Shown here in pieces: positions 38,438 through 47,299 of a stretch of 64,000 nt of DNA. The stretch comes from an uncultured archaeon (GTDB taxonomy: Archaea > Asgardarchaeota > Thorarchaeia > Thorarchaeales > Thorarchaeaceae): NCBI GenBank assembly GCA_964458565.1, contig CAYWJO010000002.1, positions 1 to 64,000 of the forward strand, given 5' to 3'. The notes beneath the pieces were generated by a model. The model did no database searches. It was given only the letters and a program-made list of their open reading frames with translations, and was not told the DNA's origin. Numbering within the stretch: the stretch's first letter is position 1; each line of letters begins with the position of its first letter. Position numbers and translations under genes: made by a program.

Positions 38438-39301
38438 TTATTGCCGTACTCCGCAATATATACAGACATCGATACCTTTGCTTATTGTTCGTCCACATGA
38501 AAAGCAGAAGCTAGGCCTATCATTCGATTTATCATCACTAAATGGACTTAGTTCTCCCTGTTGAAAAAGGGATCCAATGCCTTCGATGTTATCATCTCTG
38601 ATCTTGCAGACTCCATGTCCAGATCCAGTTGTTTTAGGCTCAGGAATTATTCTTTCGCTCCTGTCAACATCTGTAAACGGATTACCCTTGCGGCTAGCAT
38701 CAGTAGCGCTACTTGCGCACCAGGGAATTTGTTGTGTATCTCTTCGATCTGGTTCACCTCTTGACTGAAGTGCTCGATCAAGTGTATCAAAATCACGACG
38801 ATAATCATCTGCTCCATATCCTGGGTCTCTAGCAGGTTGGTTCACCAGATTGTTGTCCCTGATATACGCAGAGCCAAATGACTCGTCCGATGGAATACCT
38901 CTCGCGAGATGTATGAATTTATGATGTGCATCACCTTTCAAGTTCTCATATTCGGAGGTAGTCAATCCCATTATTTCAAGAGCTCTATCTCTCTCAGGAC
39001 AACGTTTGGATAACGGACAGCAGTAAGCAAGGCTTCCATGACAAAGGGCTGCCATTGCTCGTTCCTGTCTGGACTTAAAAATTGGAGTTATAGTCTTTCT
39101 ACCTAGAACTAATGAATCTCCTACTGCACGCATCTCGACATATCCACTCTGTGCCAGCGCCTCAACGATCTCTTTAGCTGGATAGGTTCTGCCCTCTATG
39201 ATAATAAGACCTTCTGTCTTGTCAAGCCGAACAGGTCTCTCTGAGTTTCTGCCTTTCTCGTCGTACGAATATGTCGTGTCAAACACCTCTTGTTTCTTCA
39301 C
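38438..39301 (-). CDS. Protein with methanogenesis-marker-9-like Cys domain and C-terminal zinc ribbon
   Basis: LCHGSLAYCCPLSKRCPERDRALEIMGLTTSEYENLK; CFSCG...CIYCG. Confidence 0.65.
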   Translation of the reverse strand: MKKQEVFDTTYSYDEKGRNSERPVRLDKTEGLIIIEGRTYPAKEIVEALAQSGYVEMRAVGDSLVLGRKTITPIFKSRQERAMAALCHGSLAYCCPLSKRCPERDRALEIMGLTTSEYENLKGDAHHKFIHLARGIPSDESFGSAYIRDNNLVNQPARDPGYGADDYRRDFDTLDRALQSRGEPDRRDTQQIPWCASSATDASRKGNPFTDVDRSERIIPEPKTTGSGHGVCKIRDDNIEGIGSLFQQGELSPFSDDKSNDRPSFCFSCGRTISKGIDVCIYCGVRQ

Positions 39302-39449
39302 ATTTATCTGGTAAATATCTAGAATTGAATCCCTGTATTACCTCGGTAACTCGCTAAAAGTGAAAAGAATTGAATAGGAAGATATTTTTCACCCCAAATC
39401 CATCAATTTATGAAAGGAGTGTTGGAAACGCTCCACGAGAGGAATTGAA

Positions 39450-39812
39450 ATGGGATTGAAAGCTGAAGGTGCCGCTCAGGCTTACACGCTATTGGGTGGT
39501 TTGGTTCTTGCTATACTCGGATTCAATATGTTAGCTACAGGAATTCAGAATATTGCTGATATAAATAGTCTACTTGATGTAGTTCTTGGAATTGTATTGA
39601 TACTAATGGTTCTATTATCTCTAGATGCATGTGGATTCATCTACTGGAAAGTACAGAAAAGTGGAGTTTTGTTGGCTATCTTCGGATTTGTATCAATGGT
39701 AATCATTGCTCGTGCCCTTCCACTAGATATTCTACAATGGCTCACGAATATCGGTCTTCTAGCCGGTTTCATGATTTTAGTTGCTGGAATTCTATTAATC
39801 TTCAAGAAATAG
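39450..39812 (+). CDS. Small 4-TM membrane protein
   Basis: Four hydrophobic helices; ends ILVAGILLIFKK. Confidence 0.75.
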   Translation: MGLKAEGAAQAYTLLGGLVLAILGFNMLATGIQNIADINSLLDVVLGIVLILMVLLSLDACGFIYWKVQKSGVLLAIFGFVSMVIIARALPLDILQWLTNIGLLAGFMILVAGILLIFKK

Positions 39813-39820
39813 GATTATTT

Positions 39821-39846
39821 GGAGCAGATGAACTCAAACCTGCTCC
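39821..39846 (+). terminator. 3' hairpin
   Basis: GGAGCAG-N12-CTGCTCC followed by TTATCTTTT. Confidence 0.45.
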
Positions 39847-39919
39847 TTATCTTTTCATCCAAGCCTGTATCGCAAATTAGATATGCTGGAGAGATAGCGC
39901 ACAACCCGTCTACTTCAAG

Positions 39920-41281
39920 GTGGGTTCTGTCATGGATGAGAAACATATTCGTATTTTACATCAACTTGGATTCGAGGACATTGATACAAAATCAATGACC
40001 AATGATTATTGGAAGAAGCGTGCAGCTGAGGCATTAGCACTCACAACCCAGGATCGTGATGTTTATGGTTGTCTTGATCACACACGTGGTGATGGTGTAA
40101 AGATTTTTGATGTTGAAGGTACCGAGTATCTGGATGTTACAGGCGGCGTTGCGGTAAGAGCATTTGGACTCAGGTACAAACCCTATCTCGATTTTGAAAT
40201 CGAAATCAATGACGTTATTCATGAGTTACCAGGTATGGATTTTGACGCAATTCCGCAGACCCTTCTTGCAGAGAAACTTGCTCAAATCACACCAGGTAAA
40301 CACAAGAAACAGGTTGTATTCACAACATCTGGAGGGCGTGCAGTAGAGGGATGCATGAAGTCTGCCATGGATCTATCAGGAAAACGGCGTTTTGTAACAT
40401 TCAGACCTGCATTTCACGGACGTACTGGCTATGCACTAGCACTAACATGTTCAAATTCAAAACATAAGTCTGGATTTCCTCAAGGTGTTGATGTGATTCG
40501 TGTATTCTATCCATACTGTTATCGCTGTCCTTACGGTACGACCGAAGAGGATTGCAGTCTTGAATGTGTGGAGGCTCTGAGGTATTCCTTGCAGGTTGAA
40601 GGAAATGATATTGCTGCTACAGTCATGGAGCCTCTTTCAGGTGAAGGCGGGTTAATTGTACCCCCATCAAAAGCTGTCAAGGGTATCTATGAAATTACAA
40701 AGGAAGTCGGTGCATATTTCATGACTGATGAGGTTCAGGCTGGAATGGGTCGAACTGGAAAATGGTGTGCGATGGAACATCATGGTGTTGTTCCTGATTT
40801 CATTAGTATGGGAAAAGCATTAGGTGGTGGATATCCGATGGGTGCCTCTATTGGACCAGCTCCTATGTACACAGGACCCTCTCGACACTCTGAAACATTC
40901 TCTGCTGAACCAAAAATGTCACTTCTCTCTCTTTGGATTCTCAAACATATGGAAGATGGTGATTATCTCAAGAGTAATGCGGAGAAAGGTGCATATCTCC
41001 TAGAACGATTAATGGAACTAAAGGAAAAACATGAGGTTGTTGGCGACGCGCGTGGTCTCGGTCTCATGGTAGGTATCGAGTTTGTGAAAGATAAGAGATC
41101 AAAGGCGAAGGCTCCGAAGCTCCGAGATGCAATTGTGAAAAATGCTGTTAACACGCAGAAATTATGGGTACTTGGAGCTGGGCAGAATGTTATGCGATTG
41201 ACTCCGAGCTATATAATCACGAATGAAAACATCGATGACGCAGTTGATTGCATTGACAAGGCAATCTCTGAATCTACTTGA
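39920..41281 (+). CDS. Class III PLP aminotransferase (GABA/ornithine-type)
   Basis: FDVEGTEYLD, AFHGRT, EPLSGEGG, DEVQAGMGRTG, GKALGGG and RGLGLMVG motifs. Confidence 0.95.
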   Translation: MGSVMDEKHIRILHQLGFEDIDTKSMTNDYWKKRAAEALALTTQDRDVYGCLDHTRGDGVKIFDVEGTEYLDVTGGVAVRAFGLRYKPYLDFEIEINDVIHELPGMDFDAIPQTLLAEKLAQITPGKHKKQVVFTTSGGRAVEGCMKSAMDLSGKRRFVTFRPAFHGRTGYALALTCSNSKHKSGFPQGVDVIRVFYPYCYRCPYGTTEEDCSLECVEALRYSLQVEGNDIAATVMEPLSGEGGLIVPPSKAVKGIYEITKEVGAYFMTDEVQAGMGRTGKWCAMEHHGVVPDFISMGKALGGGYPMGASIGPAPMYTGPSRHSETFSAEPKMSLLSLWILKHMEDGDYLKSNAEKGAYLLERLMELKEKHEVVGDARGLGLMVGIEFVKDKRSKAKAPKLRDAIVKNAVNTQKLWVLGAGQNVMRLTPSYIITNENIDDAVDCIDKAISEST

Positions 41282-41304
41282 CGGTAATTATAAGAAAAAG
41301 GGAG

Positions 41305-41329
41305 ACTCATGCCCATTTTAGGCATGAGT
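41305..41329. terminator. Hairpin between convergent genes
   Basis: ACTCATGCC-CATTTTA-GGCATGAGT perfect 9-bp stem. Confidence 0.55.
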
Positions 41330-41338
41330 ATATCCATC

Positions 41339-41671
41339 CTACTTCAGCAACAATAAGATGGCACCAATGATGACGAGAATGCCACCTAAGTCACTACCAA
41401 AGATTGCCATGAGAATACCAATAATCAAGAGCATAATAAAACTATAATCCATTTTCAAGGCTCTGATTTCAACAACGCCGCTTGTAGCAAGCGCAATCAG
41501 TGATAGGATTATTGCGATTATTGCTTGAATTACTTCATATGCTGAATCTGAGAGGATACCAGAATAGAAGCTGAATCCAATATCTGGTATAAAAAACAAG
41601 ATTGCTTGAATCAAACCGATGATACCACCGATTATAACGAACCATTTGCTAATTTCTTTCATATTTGCCAT
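41339..41671 (-). CDS. Small 4-TM membrane protein
   Basis: Hydrophobic; ends GGILVIIGAILLLLK; GGAGTGA SD. Confidence 0.75.
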   Translation of the reverse strand: MANMKEISKWFVIIGGIIGLIQAILFFIPDIGFSFYSGILSDSAYEVIQAIIAIILSLIALATSGVVEIRALKMDYSFIMLLIIGILMAIFGSDLGGILVIIGAILLLLK

Positions 41672-41939
41672 TTTTAATTCACTCCATCACGTGTTTGTGC
41701 ATTTGGCAGTCTGGAGTTTGAGCTCCTCTTTGCTTCTTCTGCAATTGCATACAAGCTTTCTCGAGAAGATGTATCCACTCCAAAACTGCGCGTGATAATA
41801 TACGATATTGTAAATAGCAGTATATTTGAGTATCGGGAGTTTGAGTTTTAATCGTCAATTGCCGTAATTTTGTCTAAAGCGGCGCCCTTTAATACCACAC
41901 TCAGCTTTGTCTGGATTAGTGCATATTAGAGGTTCTTCA

Positions 41940-43256
41940 ATGGATGAAATGTCACTATCAAATACATGCGATAATGTTGAACCAATTTGGGAATTCGAAG
42001 GTGACATTGACCCCTCTACTGAGATACCTCATGGACGTCAGATTCTCATCATCAGCAAAGATCAATCATTTCTCACACACGGTATACATAAGTTCCCAGC
42101 TAAGTTTTTCCCAGAGCTACCAAGATATCTAATCCGTCGGTACTCGAACGAGAATGATGTTGTCCTCGATCCGATGTGTGGAAGTGGTACTGTTGTTCTT
42201 GAAACCCTCCTAAATAATCGTCATGCCATTGGAATCGACATCGACCCCATCGCAAAATTGGTAACAAAAGTAAAAACAACTCCGATTGATGAAGAAGTCC
42301 TTCGATCATTATCCGAGCTTCTTACAACAAGGGTTTTACAACGATACAGGACTAAATACTCTCCAAACATACCTGAGTTTAGCTATCGGGACAATTGGTT
42401 TAGACCATTTGTATTGAAAGAACTAGGGATTATACGAGACACAATTCACGAAATTTCATATCCTGTTTCCAAGGAGTTGTATGATTTTCACAGGACTATC
42501 TTCTCATCAATCATTAGGGATGTATCGAACGCGGATCCACATTGTACTCGGACAGTAATCAGGAAAAAACAAATTCGAAATATCTCCCCTGGTGATACTT
42601 TGATGCACTTCAAACAAGCATTGGTCAATCAGATAGATGCGATGGTGGAATTTACTAATCTTTTCATTGAGAAAGAAATGAAACAATGTGAGATTCCCGA
42701 TACGGATGCAATTGAAACCGGAATAGATGAAAATACAATTAATCTGATTGTAACCTCTCCCCCATATATTAACGCAGTTGACTATCCTCGCACTCATCAA
42801 CTAGAGATGTATTGGTTGGGTCTTGTGCAAGATGGGCCTCTATCGAAGATGAAACGTAAGTATATTGGAACTGAAACAGTGTACAAAGATGAATATGAGA
42901 AATTAAGACAATTAGGCTATAGCTCTCTTGATCCCATTCTTTCCCGCATTTATGCGATTGATTCTCGAAGGGCGTTTATCACATACAAATTCTTCAAAGA
43001 AATGAAAACTCAACTCAAAGAGATGTATCGTATTCTTCAGCCAGGAGGGTACTATTGTCTGGCTATTGGAAACAATGTGATTCGAGGAATAAGAATACGT
43101 TCTCATGATATTCTTACTGAAATTGCCACATCCGAGGATGTTGGATTCATCTTGGAACGGATGTTTTTTTCAGGTCTCATCCGTCATTTCATAAAGATAC
43201 CCCGTCGAGAACGAATGAGTGGAGAATGGGTATTAATTCTCAAAAAGCTAGAATAA
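41940..43256 (+). CDS. DNA N4-cytosine/N6-adenine methyltransferase (motif I before motif IV), solitary
   Basis: THGIHKFPAKF, LDPMCGSGT and VTSPPY motifs. Confidence 0.9.
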   Translation: MDEMSLSNTCDNVEPIWEFEGDIDPSTEIPHGRQILIISKDQSFLTHGIHKFPAKFFPELPRYLIRRYSNENDVVLDPMCGSGTVVLETLLNNRHAIGIDIDPIAKLVTKVKTTPIDEEVLRSLSELLTTRVLQRYRTKYSPNIPEFSYRDNWFRPFVLKELGIIRDTIHEISYPVSKELYDFHRTIFSSIIRDVSNADPHCTRTVIRKKQIRNISPGDTLMHFKQALVNQIDAMVEFTNLFIEKEMKQCEIPDTDAIETGIDENTINLIVTSPPYINAVDYPRTHQLEMYWLGLVQDGPLSKMKRKYIGTETVYKDEYEKLRQLGYSSLDPILSRIYAIDSRRAFITYKFFKEMKTQLKEMYRILQPGGYYCLAIGNNVIRGIRIRSHDILTEIATSEDVGFILERMFFSGLIRHFIKIPRRERMSGEWVLILKKLE

Positions 43257-43257
43257 C

Positions 43258-43929
43258 TTATTCCAATAATATGGATATCTCCTGGATGACCCCTTGTAAT
43301 ACTATAAGTGATTTCTGAAGTTCTCCTTCTATTTGCAATCCATGATTCGCACGTTCTATTATATAGAACTTGAGACCCACCTTTCCCTGAAGTGTCTTTA
43401 TGATTTCCAAGTCAAAGAATGGGTCTGCAGTACCAATAACTGCAAGTGACTTGGCTTGACTCTCTTTCATGATTTGGGTTAATGACGGATCTGAGAGAAT
43501 TGGTGTTAGGAGGATAGTTTTTGCCTGTTCTAATTCCTTATGAGTTTCAATGAGATGAGCAATAGAACGGGTTCCTAGTGATTTGCCAGCAAGTACTCCT
43601 ATATCACTTAATCCGTTATTTATTGCAGCAAGATATAAGGCATCAATATCTGTCCTCAAATGGTCTTCTCTCTCCTCCTGTGATTTCGAACGGAAGACAT
43701 CATCCTTTGAATAATTATGGTCCATACTAATGACATTGAAGCCCTTCTCTATTAGAGCCTCAATTGTATAGAATAGAATAGGCATAGTAACAGTATATCC
43801 ATATCCGGGGAATACAAGCGCAGTCTCTGTGGTTTCATTTTTCTGACGATATACAGTGATGTGTAGAGGTTTGTAGTATCCTTGAATCTCGATGCTATCC
43901 GTTGTGATAATCCCTCTCACTTCCTGCAT
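43258..43929 (-). CDS. Alpha/beta hydrolase
   Basis: FPGYGY; GKSLG nucleophile elbow; GTADP; ANHGL. Confidence 0.88.
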   Translation of the reverse strand: MQEVRGIITTDSIEIQGYYKPLHITVYRQKNETTETALVFPGYGYTVTMPILFYTIEALIEKGFNVISMDHNYSKDDVFRSKSQEEREDHLRTDIDALYLAAINNGLSDIGVLAGKSLGTRSIAHLIETHKELEQAKTILLTPILSDPSLTQIMKESQAKSLAVIGTADPFFDLEIIKTLQGKVGLKFYIIERANHGLQIEGELQKSLIVLQGVIQEISILLE

Positions 43930-44036
43930 AAATACAGTCTATCACATTGATGCCAATACTTATCAAGGAATCTCCTATATAATTGCAAAAATCATGGAGG
44001 TATAAAACACAATGGCAACAACTCTCAGGTGGGATC

Positions 44037-44270
44037 ATGTTTGCCCGACGTTCATTTTTAGCTCTACCTCCCTCTGCGAAGTTCCTATACGTGCTTCTTA
44101 AAGAACGACATAGGATTTCCAGGCAAGATCTGATAGACATCACATTCTTGCCACCTCGTACAGTGAATTATGGCCTAAGCAGACTAAAGGACCTTGGTCT
44201 AGTTCAAGATATGGAGCATGCAGAGGACAAGAGAGAACGAGTGTATGAACTTACTCGGAAACCAATGTGA
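44037..44270 (+). CDS. Small MarR-like winged-helix protein
   Basis: LPPSAKFLY, LPPRTVNYGLSRL and DKRERVY motifs. Confidence 0.85.
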   Translation: MFARRSFLALPPSAKFLYVLLKERHRISRQDLIDITFLPPRTVNYGLSRLKDLGLVQDMEHAEDKRERVYELTRKPM

Positions 44271-44286
44271 TTCTACAGATTCAAAG

Positions 44287-44323
44287 GCATCTCTGGTATT
44301 CCAGAGATGTCACACCCTTTTTT
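44287..44323 (+). terminator. 3' hairpin plus T-run
   Basis: CATCTCTGG-TATT-CCAGAGATG followed by CCCTTTTTT. Confidence 0.55.
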
Positions 44324-44394
44324 CTATCACCTCCAAAACCCTCTTAACTTAGCATCATTGGGACGATGATGAAAATACTCAGAGGGAATTCAAG

Positions 44395-45753
44395 ATGGAT
44401 TTTTATCAGAAAGCAGGGGTTGAGCCTATAGGCAATTTACCTAGGACTCATTTCACATTGGATATTATCCCGAAGAACAAGGATGTACATGTAATTCTCA
44501 TGGGTTGGGTTCATATTATCCGTGACAAGGGTAAAATCAAGTTCTTGATTCTAAGGGACGAACGTGGTGTAGCCCAAATAACAATTCCTCAGAAGAAAGT
44601 ACCCGTAGAAGTGTTCGAAACCTCTGAGCAACTGAAGCCAGAAATGGCTATTGCCGTGCATGGTAAAATTGTAGAAGCAAAACAAGTGGAGTCTGGTGCA
44701 GAGATAATTCCTGACAGAATTCGAATACTGAACACTGCTGAGCGTCTTCCGATTGATGTCGTTGAAGGTAAGGTCGATATTGAACTTGACACTAGGCTCA
44801 ACCATCGTATTCTTGATCTGCGAAAACCTAGTATAAATGCCATTTTTAGAATCCAGCATTCTCTTGTCCGATTTGCCCGAGAATATTTGGAGCGAAATGA
44901 TTTCATTGAAATTCACACACCAAAGATTGTCGCTGAAGCAACGGAGGGTGGCGCAAATCTCTTTGAAATAAAATATTTTGAAAAGAAGGCATATCTTGCA
45001 CAGAGCCCGCAATTCTACAAGCAGCTTATGTTACTTGCTGGATTTGGACGCGTCTTTGAGATCGCACCTGTTTTCAGAGCGGAGAAACACAATACCCGCC
45101 GCCATGTTAATGAATACACTTCATTTGATCTTGAAATGGCTTGGATTAGTGGCGTTGAGGATGTCATGCAGGTCGAGGAGCAAATGCTTCATTATTCATT
45201 TGAGCTGACTGCGAAACACTGTGTTAACGAATTTGACTTACTAAATGTGGATTTCGAGGTTCCGAAGTTGCCATTTGGTCGGATCAAGTATGTTGATGCT
45301 ATTGCCCTTCTCAATGAAAACGGAAAGGAACTAAATATCACCGATGATTTAGATCCTGAGAGCGAACGCCTTCTCGGGGACCTCTTTCCAGAGAAATTGG
45401 GTACAAATATGGTCTTCATCACTCACTATCCACTTGAACTAAGACCTGCATATACCATGCCAAGCTTGACTGATGAAGGAATGACTGAGAGCTTTGATCT
45501 CACTTACAAAGGAATGGAGATTACAACAGGAGGTCAACGTATTCATCTCTATGACCTTCTTGTTGAGCGTTTCAAAGCAAAGGGGTTCAATCCTGATGAT
45601 TTTGGATTCTATCTCGATCCTTTCATGTACGGCGCTCCTCCTCATGGTGGATTAGGACTTGGTGTCGAACGCTTGACCATGCAATTACTTGGAATTGATA
45701 ATATTCGTGAGGTAACCCTCCTCCCACGAGACCGTGACCGAATCACTCCCTGA
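44395..45753 (+). CDS. aspS: Aspartyl-tRNA synthetase, archaeal type (probably non-discriminating)
   Basis: GWVHIIRD OB fold; LAQSPQFYKQ; FRAEKHNTRRH; GAPPHGG; PRD. Confidence 0.95.
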   Translation: MDFYQKAGVEPIGNLPRTHFTLDIIPKNKDVHVILMGWVHIIRDKGKIKFLILRDERGVAQITIPQKKVPVEVFETSEQLKPEMAIAVHGKIVEAKQVESGAEIIPDRIRILNTAERLPIDVVEGKVDIELDTRLNHRILDLRKPSINAIFRIQHSLVRFAREYLERNDFIEIHTPKIVAEATEGGANLFEIKYFEKKAYLAQSPQFYKQLMLLAGFGRVFEIAPVFRAEKHNTRRHVNEYTSFDLEMAWISGVEDVMQVEEQMLHYSFELTAKHCVNEFDLLNVDFEVPKLPFGRIKYVDAIALLNENGKELNITDDLDPESERLLGDLFPEKLGTNMVFITHYPLELRPAYTMPSLTDEGMTESFDLTYKGMEITTGGQRIHLYDLLVERFKAKGFNPDDFGFYLDPFMYGAPPHGGLGLGVERLTMQLLGIDNIREVTLLPRDRDRITP

Positions 45754-45759
45754 TAATAC

Positions 45760-46578
45760 TTGGTCTTAAAGGATAAACTTGGTGAGTATGATTACCTCTT
45801 TAGAGTAATACCATATGGTGAGAACCAGATGCCTGATAGAGCTCAATCAGAACTATATGCTTCAATAGCGACCCTCGATCAACTCAAGAAACTTTATGAT
45901 GTTGGCGCAGTTGATCCCCGGTCTTACCAGCGTGAAACTGAGGGATTACTTACTGAGGTTAGATTCCATCTTGATGAACTAAGACGAGTTGGGCTTGATG
46001 TTGGAAGATTTATTGAAACTGAACGGCTCTCAGACCAGTTTCCAGACGCTCTTCATATTCTTCAGTTGAGAGATACAAATCCATCAACCTCAGTTCAGGG
46101 TATGACAAAAGAGGAATATTATGATTATATCGGACTTTCCGTTCTCGATGTTGTCACTGCTAATTCCTCTAAAGGATTAATGGGATTGGCTGAGTTGATT
46201 GTTGAGGTAGTGCGAAAACTACCTGAATTGAAGTCAGTAAGTTACAATGATGTTATTGAAGCGGTAAATATGGTCGCTCAACATGGTTTAATCCCTGGTA
46301 TTAGGACTCTCAAAGGTGGAGTAAAGGTTGTTGAGCTTCGGCCTTTGGAATTACGCCGAGATCAGGCTGATGTAATCAATATTGCTGCCTCTAAGGGATT
46401 TGTTACTGTAGAAGAAATAATGCTTGAGTTCAAATGGTCTGAGGATCATGCGCGTCAAGTATTGACTAGTCTAGTCGATGCTGGAATGGCCGTTGCTGAT
46501 ATGAGGTTTTCCACAGGTGGCAGATACTGGTTCCCCGGTTTGCGTTCGAGAGACTCAAGTAGTCAAACGCATCCATAA
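45760..46578 (+). CDS. ESCRT fusion: Vps28 N-terminal core-like domain plus Vps22/Vps36 (EAP30) tandem winged helices
   Basis: N: SELYASIATLDQLKKLYDVGAVDPRSYQRETEGLL...FPDAL; C: GLMGLAEL, RPLELRRDQ, GFVTVEEIMLEFKWSEDHARQVLTSLVDAG...RYWFPGL. Confidence 0.82.
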   Translation: MVLKDKLGEYDYLFRVIPYGENQMPDRAQSELYASIATLDQLKKLYDVGAVDPRSYQRETEGLLTEVRFHLDELRRVGLDVGRFIETERLSDQFPDALHILQLRDTNPSTSVQGMTKEEYYDYIGLSVLDVVTANSSKGLMGLAELIVEVVRKLPELKSVSYNDVIEAVNMVAQHGLIPGIRTLKGGVKVVELRPLELRRDQADVINIAASKGFVTVEEIMLEFKWSEDHARQVLTSLVDAGMAVADMRFSTGGRYWFPGLRSRDSSSQTHP

Positions 46579-46579
46579 T

Positions 46580-47296
46580 CTAAAGTACCAGACGAACTGC
46601 TCCCTTCTGCTTGTCAATCCACTCTGCTAATTCTCTTTCTACAAGAAGCTTGATCACATAATGAATTTCTTTCTCAGGAAGTTTAGCAAAATTTTGTTTA
46701 TTTTCTTGAATCACAATAGACTTCACATCTAATCGAGTTCTACCATTTTCTAAAGCCCATTGATAGATTATATCTGCCCATTCTTCCAAGAAACGCCAAT
46801 ATACTCTCAATTGACGCTTTTTCCCCTCCATCCAAATTCCTACTTCTTTCTCAACAATCTTGTCGCCAATTTTTCTATAAGCATCGGCCTTGTTCTGGAT
46901 GTCTTTGAATGGATATTCTGACACAAACTTTGAGAAGCTAAGGATATGAATTGAGTATTCTTCACACCATTCGAGAACGAAATCGGACCACTCGGATGCC
47001 CACATCTGTAAATCCTCCTCTCTTACAGGAATGTGGTACATCCACTCAGTCTGTGATATGTCTCCCCAGCTTGGTAGTAACCGAGGCTCTTCTACAATCA
47101 TTTCTATTTCTGATTTAGTTTCAACAATACTACCTTTCTCTATCTCAGCTTCTGTTTCGATGATAGGCATTTCTTCGTGAATCATTGATTCCGTTTCAAT
47201 TTGAGTTTCAGTCTCTTGTTCTTCAACTATACCTTCTTTGGCATCGCTCTTATCAACTGACTTTTGTTTTCGCCTGATTCGCTCTCTCTCTCCCAC
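46580..47296 (-). CDS. vps25: ESCRT-II Vps25 homolog with acidic N-terminal extension
   Basis: WASEWSDFVLEWC; VYWRFLEEWADIIYQWALENG; LVERELAEW. Confidence 0.88.
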   Translation of the reverse strand: MGERERIRRKQKSVDKSDAKEGIVEEQETETQIETESMIHEEMPIIETEAEIEKGSIVETKSEIEMIVEEPRLLPSWGDISQTEWMYHIPVREEDLQMWASEWSDFVLEWCEEYSIHILSFSKFVSEYPFKDIQNKADAYRKIGDKIVEKEVGIWMEGKKRQLRVYWRFLEEWADIIYQWALENGRTRLDVKSIVIQENKQNFAKLPEKEIHYVIKLLVERELAEWIDKQKGAVRLVL

Positions 47297-47299
47297 AGG

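Noticed and set aside
44012-44101. 29-codon out-of-frame ORF with GGAGGT SD overlapping the wHTH gene start (uORF or frameshift)
   Set aside because: The wHTH gene has its own ATG at 44037 with an AGGTGG SD and looks complete; there is no further support
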